Source: Alphaproteobacteria bacterium (lineage in GTDB: Bacteria; Pseudomonadota; Alphaproteobacteria; UBA828). From it: a stretch of DNA of 64,000 nucleotides. A program made the position numbers and the translations under genes. A model generated the notes under the pieces. That model saw nothing but the letters and a program-made list of their open reading frames with translations. It was not told the origin of the DNA and did no database searches. The stretch lies in NCBI GenBank assembly GCA_965214705.1, contig OZ243972.1, positions 2,336,001-2,400,000 of the forward strand. The letters are read 5' to 3'. Below are positions 39,112-48,009 of this stretch, piece by piece. Positions within the stretch are counted from its first letter, which is position 1, and the number at the start of each line of letters is the position of its first letter.

Positions 39112-39831
39112 TTAGCCGGCGCTGGCCAGCAGGTCGGCGCGGGCGCGGTCCATGTGGGCGGAGAGCACTTCAACGGCGCGCTCCGCATCGCGGCGGGAGA
39201 GCGCCGCGAGCAGTGCGCGGTGCTCTGCGTTGTAGGCGATGATCTGCTCCGGCGTCAGGATCTTGTTCTTAATCGAGTCCCATTGCTGGTGGGCGCGGAC
39301 GTGGTTGATGCGGTGATAGATCTCGACGATCAGGGGATTGTGGGTCGCCTCTGCGAGCCTCAGGTGGAACATTTCGTCGGCCAGCGAGAAGCTCTCGGCG
39401 TCCTCCACCCCTTCCATCTCGGCGACCGCACGCTGCAGCGCGGCCATGTCGCGCGCCGTGGCATTGCGCACCGCGAGCCGGGCCATCTGCGGCTCGATGG
39501 CGGCGCGAACTTCGACCAGCTCCAGCGGCGAGGTAATTTCGGAGACATCGGTCTCGCCCGCGTCCGGCTCGTAGATGACGAATGTGCCGCTGCCCACCCG
39601 GCGTGCCACCAGCCCGCGCGCCGAGAGCGAGCGCAGAGCCTCACGCACCGTGCCGCGCGAGGCCGAAAACGACTCGGCGAGGCTGCGTTCCGGCGGCAAT
39701 CGGTCGCCCATCGCGAGCGACCCGTCGAGAATGCGTCGGGCGAGCTGCGCCGCGATCACATCAGCCGCCGAATCGGCCGGCCTTGGAATTCCGCCGTTCT
39801 GGTTGCCGACCTGTGTGCCTTCGATCTCCAT
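39112..39831 (-). CDS. GntR/FadR-family regulator
   Basis: GDRLPPERSLAESFSASRGTVREAL HTH; FCD domain DEMFHLRLAEATHN. Confidence 0.92.
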   Translation of the reverse strand: MEIEGTQVGNQNGGIPRPADSAADVIAAQLARRILDGSLAMGDRLPPERSLAESFSASRGTVREALRSLSARGLVARRVGSGTFVIYEPDAGETDVSEITSPLELVEVRAAIEPQMARLAVRNATARDMAALQRAVAEMEGVEDAESFSLADEMFHLRLAEATHNPLIVEIYHRINHVRAHQQWDSIKNKILTPEQIIAYNAEHRALLAALSRRDAERAVEVLSAHMDRARADLLASAG

Positions 39832-39973
39832 GGCGCCAGCCCATTTCTTGTTGCGCGCCGCCCGCCGGCCCGTGACCCAATCGCCTCCCAAAACGCCTTA
39901 CGCCACGACGCAGGCCGCATGCGGGCTTCTTTGCTTTAATCAATTTTGACGTGACGTTCAACCATTCATTCAT

Positions 39974-40013
39974 ATTGGTTCACAATTGGTCCCGCCGATT
40001 GGGCGACAATTGG
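39974..40013. promoter_or_regulatory. Tandem putative FadR-family operators
   Basis: ATTGGTTCACAATTGG (39974-39989) and ATTGGGCGACAATTGG (39998-40013), next to TTGACA, in the divergent intergenic region. Confidence 0.5.
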
Positions 40014-40086
40014 CTTGACAAATCTCGGGGCGGGGGCTTGAGTCCGCCCCCGAACATCGGCCGATCAAGGTCGGGGAGAGGAACAC

Positions 40087-41430
40087 ATGACGCTTCCGCG
40101 GCACGTCAAGTATCTGATCATCGGAGCCGGAATCCACGGCCTCAGTACCGCCTATCACCTCGCCTCCTCGCTCAAGGCAAAGGGCAACGGCGCCGCCGCA
40201 GACATCTTGGTGGTGGACAAGACCGACATCGCCGCCGGAGCCTCCGGCATCGCCTGCGGCGTCGTCCGCAACAACTACTATCAGCCGGCCATGCGCGAGC
40301 TGATGGCGGCCTGCGTGGAGGAGTGGGAGAGCGATCCCGAGGCCTACCACTACCATTCCGTTGGCTACATGCAGATCAGCCCCGAGAGCATGCATGCGGA
40401 TGTTGCCGAGATCGCCGCGCAGCAGCGGGCGATCAGCTACGAATCCGAGTTCATCGAGGGCGAGGCCGACTGCACACGCTACATGCGGGGTCTGTTCGAC
40501 GACTGGCAGGCGCCCGGCATCACCTCCGTCCTGCACGAGAAGAGGGGCGGCTACGCCCACAACAAGGCGTCTATCCTCGGGCTCGCGGACAAGGCGAGGG
40601 GCGCCGGTGCGCGCATCCTCACCGGAGTCGAGGTCAAGGGCTTCGGTTTCGGCGCCAACTCCAAGGCGGTGACCTCGGTGGAGACCGACCAGGGGTCCAT
40701 CGACGTCGATCAGGTCATCGTCGCGGTCGGGCCCTGGGTGCCGCGCATCTGGGAGATGCTCGACCTGCCGGAACGGATCGACGTCAAGGACCTGGAAGGC
40801 ACCCTGCACCGCGATGTGGACATGTGGCGCTTCTGGTGCCTGCAGGAAGGAACGATTGCGGTCGAGCCCTCCTACGGCATGGCGGACGACGGCTCCATGC
40901 CGCCGGTCATTCACGTCGATTCCGACGAGCCGCTTTACTCCGACGTGGACGGCAAGCTGATCACCGACGAGATGTGGGGCATCTACTACAAGCCGGACTT
41001 CAACTTCGGCGGCGTCCAGGGCGGCGCCACGCCTTACAAGGTGAAGACGGCGGTGCCCGAGGTGGCGATCGATCCCTACGGGCCGGAGTCGCCGGAATTC
41101 GTGGTCGACGAGGCGTTCAGGGAGATGTGGTGCTCGGCGCTCGCCCACTGCCAGAGCCGCTACAAGGGCCAGATCGGACACTGGCTCGATGAGCCCTCCG
41201 GCGGCATCGGCGCGTTCGCCGCCGACAACTTCCCCGTGTTCGATCGCTTCCGCGAGAACTGCTACGTGATCGCGGATTCGAACCACGGCTACAAGATGAT
41301 GGCCGTCGGCAAGCTGGTCGCCGACGAGCTGATGGGCCGCGAAAGCGCCCTGCTCGAGCCTTTCCGCTTCTCGCGCTTTGCGGAGGGCCGCCTTCACCCG
41401 GTTTCGAACAGCCCCTTCCCGTGGAGCTGA
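40087..41430 (+). CDS. FAD-dependent oxidoreductase (sarcosine oxidase beta / N-methylglutamate dehydrogenase-like)
   Basis: IIGAGIHGLSTAY, GASGIACGVVR, DNFPVFD, HGYKM; first gene of the glutamate/methylamine cluster. Confidence 0.8.
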   Translation: MTLPRHVKYLIIGAGIHGLSTAYHLASSLKAKGNGAAADILVVDKTDIAAGASGIACGVVRNNYYQPAMRELMAACVEEWESDPEAYHYHSVGYMQISPESMHADVAEIAAQQRAISYESEFIEGEADCTRYMRGLFDDWQAPGITSVLHEKRGGYAHNKASILGLADKARGAGARILTGVEVKGFGFGANSKAVTSVETDQGSIDVDQVIVAVGPWVPRIWEMLDLPERIDVKDLEGTLHRDVDMWRFWCLQEGTIAVEPSYGMADDGSMPPVIHVDSDEPLYSDVDGKLITDEMWGIYYKPDFNFGGVQGGATPYKVKTAVPEVAIDPYGPESPEFVVDEAFREMWCSALAHCQSRYKGQIGHWLDEPSGGIGAFAADNFPVFDRFRENCYVIADSNHGYKMMAVGKLVADELMGRESALLEPFRFSRFAEGRLHPVSNSPFPWS

Positions 41431-41464
41431 CGGGACCAGCCGGATCGTCAGGGAGGATGCGGAG

Positions 41465-42934
41465 ATGACCGATCTTGAAGCCCATGTGAACAGGGAGGGC
41501 CGCGACGAGCTGGTGCGGCAGGTGCGCGCCAAGATCGAGGAGCTCGGTGTCACCTACATCTACTACCAGTTCGTCTCCGTCACGGGCCGGATCGTGGGCA
41601 AGGGCATGCCCGCCGATCACTGGGAGCAGATCGCTGAGCGCGGCTTTCAGCTGGTCTACGGTTCGACCGCAAACCTCTTCACCGACCGCCACTCCAACTA
41701 CATCGGCTACGGGCCGGAAGCGTCGGAATTGGTCGGCATCCCCGACCCCGAGACCTTCGTCCAGCTACCCTGGGACAAGCGCGTCGCCCGCGTCTTCTGC
41801 ACCTGCTTCCGCAACCGGGAGGAGCGGGAGAACCCCGGCGGCCACCTGACCTCGGACTGCCGCGGCAACCTGCGGATCATCCACGACGAGTTCCAGGCCA
41901 AGCACGGGATGCAGATGCGCCACGGCACCGAGCCCGAGATGATGTGGCTCAAGCGCGGCGCGGACGGTGGCACCGACGGCGGCGTGACCAAGCCCAACTG
42001 CTATCACATCGACCAGTTCGAAGAGCTCCGGCCGATCTTCATGCAGGTGATCGAGTACGGCCAAGCCATGGGGCTCGACATGATCCAGGGCGATCACGAG
42101 GACGCGCCCGGCCAGCTTGAGCTGAATTTCACCTTCGACGACGCGCTCAGGACCGCCGACCGGCTCACCACGTACCGCCAGATCTGCGCCCAGGTGGCGC
42201 GCGAGCACGGCGTCATCGCCTGCTTCATGTCGAAGCCCTTCATGGGGGTCTCGGCGAGCGGCTGCCACCACAACGTCTCGCTCTGGACCGGTGGATCCCA
42301 GCAAGTCAACGCGCTGCACCAGGACCCGATGCCCGGCCTGGAGGACACCTTCAGCTACTGGAAGGGCGGCGAGAACCTGTTCATGCCGGACCCGTCGATC
42401 GACGACCACAAGCCCGGCCCGGTCGGCCTCAAGTGCATCGGCGGCGTGATGGAGCACCTTGCGGCGCTCACCGCGCTCGGCTCTTCGACGGTGAACTCCT
42501 ACCGCCGGCTCTGGGACACCGGCTTCTGGGCGCCGGTCTTCGCCGACTGGGGCTATCAGAACCGGACCTGCGGCCTGCGCGTCTCGGCCCCCGGCCGCTT
42601 CGAGTACCGCTCGGTCGATTCGATGGTCAACCCGTACCTGATGGCCGGCGCCATCATCAAGGCCTTCGACGACGGCATCGCGCGCGATCTGGACCCCGGC
42701 GAGCCGGAGGAGCGCAACATCTACCAGGCCATGGAGGCCGGCAAGCTGGTGAAGAAGCTGCCGATGTCGCTCGGCGAGGCTCTCGATGCGCTGGAGCGCG
42801 ACGAGGTGATCAAGGCCGCGATGCCGGACGAGATGCTCAAGGTCTTCATGCACTACAAGCGCGACGAGTGGGAGCGCTTCATGTCTACGGTCACCGAGTG
42901 GGACGTCGAGACCTACCTCGACTGCCTGCCTTAG
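41465..42934 (+). CDS. Glutamine synthetase family protein (putative gamma-glutamylmethylamide synthetase)
   Basis: GTEPE, DHEDAPGQLELN, FMSKPF...SASGCHHNVS, NSYRRL, WGYQNRT, RFEYRSVD; context with glxBCD. Confidence 0.8.
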   Translation: MTDLEAHVNREGRDELVRQVRAKIEELGVTYIYYQFVSVTGRIVGKGMPADHWEQIAERGFQLVYGSTANLFTDRHSNYIGYGPEASELVGIPDPETFVQLPWDKRVARVFCTCFRNREERENPGGHLTSDCRGNLRIIHDEFQAKHGMQMRHGTEPEMMWLKRGADGGTDGGVTKPNCYHIDQFEELRPIFMQVIEYGQAMGLDMIQGDHEDAPGQLELNFTFDDALRTADRLTTYRQICAQVAREHGVIACFMSKPFMGVSASGCHHNVSLWTGGSQQVNALHQDPMPGLEDTFSYWKGGENLFMPDPSIDDHKPGPVGLKCIGGVMEHLAALTALGSSTVNSYRRLWDTGFWAPVFADWGYQNRTCGLRVSAPGRFEYRSVDSMVNPYLMAGAIIKAFDDGIARDLDPGEPEERNIYQAMEAGKLVKKLPMSLGEALDALERDEVIKAAMPDEMLKVFMHYKRDEWERFMSTVTEWDVETYLDCLP

Positions 42935-42966
42935 CCTGCCCAACCAACGGATAAGACGAGGCGCCC

Positions 42967-43923
42967 ATGTGCGGGATAGCAGGACTGATCCATCGCGGAT
43001 CGAGCGGCGACATCGGGGCGGAGATGACCACGATGCTCCAGGCGCTCAAACACCGCGGGCCGGATTCCACCGGCTTCGCCATATACGGCATCCCGGTCGA
43101 GAGCGACCACGTGATGCGCTTCAAGGTGGCGGAGCAGGAGGACATCGGCAAAGGCTTTGAAATCCACCAGCAGATCAAGGACCGCAAGGCCGAGGTGGAC
43201 AAGCGCATCCGCAGTATGGATGTGGAGATCGTCAGCGAGGAACAGGCGACCGAGTACGCGTATCGCTATCGCCTGCGCTTCCCCGCCGATGACGACGGCG
43301 GCCAGCAGCGGCTCAAGCGCTTCGCCGACTACATCGAGGATGTCGAGGGCGCGGAGATTCTCTCCCTCGGGCGCGCGCTGGAGCTGATCAAGGATCTCGG
43401 CGACGCCGGCATCGTGAGCGAGCAGTACGACCTCGCCGGCTTCCAGGGCACCCACGCCATCGGCCATACGCGGATGGCCACGGAATCGGATGTCGATATC
43501 CGCTCGGCCCATCCCTACTGGGCCTATCCCTTCAACGACATCTCGGTGGTCCACAACGGCCAGCTCACCAACTACTGGAAGTTCCGCCGGGCGCTGGAGC
43601 ACCGGGGCCATCGCTTCATGTCGAACTGCGATTCCGAGTTGATCGCCGTCTACCTGGCGGATCGCATCGAGCGGGGCGACTCGCTCAAGGAGGCGATGGA
43701 CCGCTCGGTGGGCGAGCTCGACGGCGTCTTCACCTATCTGGTGGCGACGGCGGACAGCCTGGGCATGGCCAAGGACACCATGGCCGCCAAGCCCATGGTG
43801 CTCTACGAGAGCGACGATTTCGTCGGCCTCGCCTCCGAGGAGGTCGCGATCCGCGGCATCATGCCGGACGAGATCGACACCTGGGATCCCTACGAAGGGG
43901 AGGTCAAGGTATGGCAGAACTGA
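42967..43923 (+). CDS. glxB: Class II glutamine amidotransferase (N-methylglutamate synthase subunit A)
   Basis: MCGIAG N-terminal nucleophile, HRGPDSTG, GHTRMATES, HNGQLTN, DSE. Confidence 0.85.
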   Translation: MCGIAGLIHRGSSGDIGAEMTTMLQALKHRGPDSTGFAIYGIPVESDHVMRFKVAEQEDIGKGFEIHQQIKDRKAEVDKRIRSMDVEIVSEEQATEYAYRYRLRFPADDDGGQQRLKRFADYIEDVEGAEILSLGRALELIKDLGDAGIVSEQYDLAGFQGTHAIGHTRMATESDVDIRSAHPYWAYPFNDISVVHNGQLTNYWKFRRALEHRGHRFMSNCDSELIAVYLADRIERGDSLKEAMDRSVGELDGVFTYLVATADSLGMAKDTMAAKPMVLYESDDFVGLASEEVAIRGIMPDEIDTWDPYEGEVKVWQN

Positions 43924-44762
43924 GCCCCGACGACCGGCACAAATCCCATGACATGGGGCTGCACGCGGAGCAGCTCGCCGGCCGCACCCAGCAGGTCTTC
44001 TTCTATCCCGAGGAGGGCGACAACTACACCTATCCCGAGGGCTTCGATGTCGATTTCACCAAGAAGGCGACGATCGACGCAGCCGAGATGGACGGGCCCG
44101 AGGTCAACCTCCGCATCCGTGAGCTGATGGGCGAGGGCTACGGCCACATCGTGGTCCAGAATCCGCTCGCCAAGCACTCCCTCGGCGTCGGCATCCTCAA
44201 TCGCCTCAAGCTCGATTTCGAGGGCAGCCTCGGCTACTTCGGCTGCGGTCTGGTCGACGGCCCCAACATCCACATCAAGGGCCGCGTCGGCTGGTCCTGC
44301 GCCGAGAACATGATGGCGGGCGTCGTGGTGATCGAGAAGAATGCAGGCTCCACCTTCGGCGCAGCGCTCAGGGGCGGCGACCTGGTCTGCAAGGGCGACG
44401 TGGGCTCACGCACCGGCATCGACATGAAGGGCGGCACGATCATCATCGGCGGCCGCGCCGGCGCGTTCACCGGCTTCATGATGCAGCGCGGGCGCATCGT
44501 CATCCTCGGCGACGCCGGTATCAACCTCGGCGATTCCCTCTACGACGGCACGATCTTCGTGGGCGGCACCATCGCCTCCCTCGGTGTCGATGCCGTCCCC
44601 GGCGAGATGACCGACGTCGAAGCGCGCTGGCTCGAAAACAAGCTCGCGACCTACGGCCTGGAGGCGCCCAACGGCGTCGCGAACCTGACCAAGATCATAG
44701 CCGGCAAGCAGCTCTGGAACTACGACAACCTCGAGCCGACCGAGAAGAAGATCGCGCTCTAG
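43911..44762 (+). CDS. glxC: GXGXG-motif protein (N-methylglutamate synthase subunit B)
   Basis: HSLGVG, GSLGYF, AENMMAG, GIDMKGG, FMMQRG, GDSLYDG. Confidence 0.85.
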   Translation: MAELSPDDRHKSHDMGLHAEQLAGRTQQVFFYPEEGDNYTYPEGFDVDFTKKATIDAAEMDGPEVNLRIRELMGEGYGHIVVQNPLAKHSLGVGILNRLKLDFEGSLGYFGCGLVDGPNIHIKGRVGWSCAENMMAGVVVIEKNAGSTFGAALRGGDLVCKGDVGSRTGIDMKGGTIIIGGRAGAFTGFMMQRGRIVILGDAGINLGDSLYDGTIFVGGTIASLGVDAVPGEMTDVEARWLENKLATYGLEAPNGVANLTKIIAGKQLWNYDNLEPTEKKIAL

Positions 44763-44800
44763 CCGAGCGCAGCCTCTCGCTACCCTGCAAGGAGCCCGCC

Positions 44801-46168
44801 ATGGCCAGCGACAGACGCGAAGCCGTCGCCAACCGGCCCAGCCGCAACCGCCACATCCTGGGGCGGAGCCGCATCTTCTCGCCGGAGGTGATCGACGACA
44901 TCCACATCAAGGCGGAGCTCGGCCGCTACCGGATGCGCGGCTTCTCGCTCTTCAAGAACATCCCGACCTTCGACGATCTCACATTCCTGCCGGGCACGCT
45001 CACCCGCTTCGTCATCGAGGGCTACCGCGAGAAGTGCACGACCACGACCGTGATCGGGCCCAAGGCCAAGCGTCCGCTGGTGCTCGACATCCCGGTCTAT
45101 GTCACCGGCATGAGCTTCGGCGCGCTCTCCTACGAGGCCAAGACCGCGCTCGCGCGCGGCGCCACCATGGCCGGCACCGCCACCTGCTCCGGCGAAGGCG
45201 GCATGATCCCCGACGAGCGGCGCTATTCCGAGAAGTGGCTCTACCAGTGCATTCAGTCCCGCTACGGCTTCAACCCCCACCACTTGCGGCTCGCTGATGC
45301 CTGCGAGTTCTTCATCGGCCAGGGCTGCAAGGTGGGCCTCGGTGGCCACTTGATGGGGCAGAAGGTCACCGACCAGGTGGCGGAGATGCGCTCGCTGCCG
45401 GCCGGCATCGACCAGCGCTCGCCGGCGCGCCATCCCGACTGGCTGGGGCCTGACGACCTCGCGCTCAAGATCAACGAGATCCGCGAGGCCACCAACGCCG
45501 AGATTCCGATCCAGCTCAAGCTGGGCGCCGCCCGCGTCTATGACGACGTGCGCATGGCGATCAAGACCGGACCGGACAGCATCTACATCGACGGCATGGA
45601 GGGCTCCACCGGCGCCGGCCCGCACCTCGCGACCGAGGAGACCGGCGTGCCCGGCATCGCGGCGATCCGCCAGGCGCGCAAGGCGCTCGACGACCTCGGC
45701 GCCTCCGGCAGCATCAGCCTCGTTTACGCCGGCGGCGTGCGCAACGGCGGCGACATCGCCAAGGCGCTCGCCCTGGGTGCCGACGCGGTTGCCATCGGCC
45801 ACTCGGTGATGATGGCGCTCAACTGCAACAAGGACATCCCGGAGGCCGACTTCGAGGCCGAGATCGGGGTCGAGGCCGGCTACTGCTACCACTGCCACAC
45901 CGGGCGCTGCCCCGTGGGCGTCGCCACCCAGGACCCGGAGCTGCGCAAGCGGCTCGACCCTGACGAGGCGGCGGAGCGGGTCTACAACTTCCTCCACACG
46001 CTCACGCTGGAGTGCCAGATGATGGCGCGCGCCTGCGGCAAGACCGATGTGCACAGCCTGGAGCCGGAAGATCTCGCCGCGCTCACCATGGAGGCCTCGG
46101 CCATGGCCCAGGTGCCGCTCGCGGGCTCCCAGCACACCGTCGGCCGCCCCGACATGAACCGCTACTAG
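44801..46168 (+). CDS. glxD: FMN-binding glutamate synthase family protein (N-methylglutamate synthase subunit C)
   Basis: GMSFGALS, SGEGGM, GQGCKVGLGG, RSPARHPD, CYHCHTGRCPVGVATQD. Confidence 0.88.
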   Translation: MASDRREAVANRPSRNRHILGRSRIFSPEVIDDIHIKAELGRYRMRGFSLFKNIPTFDDLTFLPGTLTRFVIEGYREKCTTTTVIGPKAKRPLVLDIPVYVTGMSFGALSYEAKTALARGATMAGTATCSGEGGMIPDERRYSEKWLYQCIQSRYGFNPHHLRLADACEFFIGQGCKVGLGGHLMGQKVTDQVAEMRSLPAGIDQRSPARHPDWLGPDDLALKINEIREATNAEIPIQLKLGAARVYDDVRMAIKTGPDSIYIDGMEGSTGAGPHLATEETGVPGIAAIRQARKALDDLGASGSISLVYAGGVRNGGDIAKALALGADAVAIGHSVMMALNCNKDIPEADFEAEIGVEAGYCYHCHTGRCPVGVATQDPELRKRLDPDEAAERVYNFLHTLTLECQMMARACGKTDVHSLEPEDLAALTMEASAMAQVPLAGSQHTVGRPDMNRY

Positions 46169-46190
46169 AAGCCCGGACCGGAGAAGCGCC

Positions 46191-46583
46191 ATGAGCGACA
46201 AGACCGGCGACGTCGACTACTTCCTGAGCCAGAGCGGCCTCGACAGCGAACGCGAGAAGGAGATCGGCCAGCACATCGGCTATCGTTACGATGTGAACCT
46301 GGTGCCCGATTACGAGCGGCTCACGCCCTTCCTCAAGCGCTACATCGAGACCATGGGCTGGACCGACCTGAACTGGCTGGAAGACGTGCACATGGGCTAC
46401 GAGGAAGGCCGGCCGGCGGTGTTCGACCGCAACATCAACGGCTGGGTCACGGTGCCCGAAGACCTGGAACTGCCCGACAATCAGCAGGACCGCGACATGC
46501 TCGCCCGCGAGCTATTGGTGAAGTTCCAGATGTCGCCCCGCCACCCGATGTCCGACCTCAACGGGGCCTATCGGAAGTTTTAG
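46191..46583 (+). CDS. Hypothetical protein (130 aa), last gene of the glx operon; its 3' tail is duplicated downstream
   Basis: Host-like codon usage, GGAG RBS, 22 nt after glxD; no family recognised. Confidence 0.8.
   Translation: MSDKTGDVDYFLSQSGLDSEREKEIGQHIGYRYDVNLVPDYERLTPFLKRYIETMGWTDLNWLEDVHMGYEEGRPAVFDRNINGWVTVPEDLELPDNQQDRDMLARELLVKFQMSPRHPMSDLNGAYRKF
46516..46583 (+). repeat. Direct repeat R1 (3' tail of the 130-aa gene, including stop codon)
   Basis: TGGTGAAGTTCCAGATGTCGCCCCGCCACCCGATGTCCGACCTCAACGGGGCCTATCGGAAGTTTTAG. Confidence 0.92.
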
Positions 46584-46653
46584 GTTGGCTGGCTCGTTCG
46601 AGCCTTGCCACTCCCCACTGAAGCGCTCCGGAGTTTGTTGATCGCGGCAAGCG

Positions 46654-47088
46654 TCAGACGATCTCGTATTCCTGGACTGCGCCGCTGCTATAAATGCCAG
46701 CCACGAACGGCGGGGGCGTCTTGGCCGCAAAGCGCGCGATACGTCGCCTTCCCTTCACCAGCAGCTCGGCGATGTCCGGCCCGGTCGCGTTCTTCATCCG
46801 GATTACGATGACCCGTGCCGAATGCCGCCGGATCGCTTGTAGCTCCGCGGCACGATAACGAACGCCCCTGTCCTTGGTGATCGCCACCCAGCCCATTCGT
46901 CCGACGAGCGCGATCCACTCCTCGTCCGGCGCGTCCTGCGGGAGATGGTCGTCATGCACCTCGACCGCCATTCCCTCGGTGCGAAGACGGTCGGCGATGA
47001 TGTGCCTTCCGAGGCTGCGATCGATGAAGAGCGTGCGCTCAGGCTGCGGCTTGGAGCTCGCACCGGATCGCTTCTTCGATTTCCTCAT
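46654..47088 (-). CDS. PIN-like toxin (VapC45-type)
   Basis: LFIDRSLG, DAPDEEWI, GWVAITKDRGVRY; overlaps the DUF433 gene. Confidence 0.8.
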   Translation of the reverse strand: MRKSKKRSGASSKPQPERTLFIDRSLGRHIIADRLRTEGMAVEVHDDHLPQDAPDEEWIALVGRMGWVAITKDRGVRYRAAELQAIRRHSARVIVIRMKNATGPDIAELLVKGRRRIARFAAKTPPPFVAGIYSSGAVQEYEIV

Positions 47089-47731
47089 GCCCACGCTCAT
47101 AGTCGTGCGCCAGGTCGCTGATGGCTTCACCTGCCTTGTAGCGTTCGGCGATGAGCTGAGTGGCGAGGCCGGTGCCGGCGATGACAGGCCGCCCGGCGGA
47201 GAGCGTCGGATCGATGACGATCATCGCGGGCGTGTCGTCCATGGCGCTCCGGGTGAACGGATAGAGCTTGATTGGGACACCGGCGGGATCGCGATCGATC
47301 CGGCGGAGCGCCGCGCTGATGATCTCCCGCATGGCTGTCTGGCCCGCCTGGCTGATATTGATCAGTTGCCCGTATTGCTCGGTGAACAGGTCCAGCCCGT
47401 CCGTCTCAAGCTCGCGACTGATCAGCGGATGACGCTTGTCCATCTCCTGACGCGCATTCGCCGCCAAGAATTGGATCGCCCTGCGAATGCTCGGCATCTT
47501 CACTTCGTGCTTGCGCCGAATGGCGGCGAGAACGTGAAGCTCCGTGAGATTGAGGAAGGAGAGCTGCGTCGGTACGTGTGCAGGTATTTCGATCAGCGGC
47601 GCGTACTCGTCGCGGCCCACCGACCAATAGCGAATGGTCGCCGCGGGCACGGCGAGGTAGTGGGCGGCTTCCGAGATCGTGTAAGCGGGAAGTTCTCGGG
47701 GATCGTTGGTCCCCGTGCGCAGTCTGGCCAT
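47039..47731 (-). CDS. DUF433-containing antitoxin (VapB45-type)
   Basis: PAYTISEAAHYL HTH, LSFLNLTE, C-terminal IDPTLSAGRPVIAGTG...ERYKAGE...LAHDY. Confidence 0.85.
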   Translation of the reverse strand: MARLRTGTNDPRELPAYTISEAAHYLAVPAATIRYWSVGRDEYAPLIEIPAHVPTQLSFLNLTELHVLAAIRRKHEVKMPSIRRAIQFLAANARQEMDKRHPLISRELETDGLDLFTEQYGQLINISQAGQTAMREIISAALRRIDRDPAGVPIKLYPFTRSAMDDTPAMIVIDPTLSAGRPVIAGTGLATQLIAERYKAGEAISDLAHDYERGHEEIEEAIRCELQAAA

Positions 47732-47912
47732 CGGGCTCTCTCCCGGATGCCATGATGGAATTTTGAGTCAAAAGCGCCCATAGCATGAACGCTGTCTGCA
47801 ATCCATGCCGGCTGTAGCCATCGACGCTCCGAATTGGGATCGACGCCGCAGACGGAAACACCAAGGGTCGAACCCGGCCAAGGGTAACTCTTTGCTTCAG
47901 CGGGATAAAAAT

Positions 47913-47968
47913 CTCCTCACTCCGGTCCCTCTCCGCCCGCAGGGGCGGAGAGGGACCGGAGTGAGGAG
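47913..47968. terminator. Perfect 26-bp-stem hairpin (REP-like or terminator)
   Basis: CTCCTCACTCCGGTCCCTCTCCGCCC-GCAG-GGGCGGAGAGGGACCGGAGTGAGGAG, 41 nt downstream of autotransporter 1. Confidence 0.7.
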
Positions 47969-48009
47969 GGAAGCGTCCGCTCGTTAGAGCGAACGCCAAC
48001 CCTGCGGTG

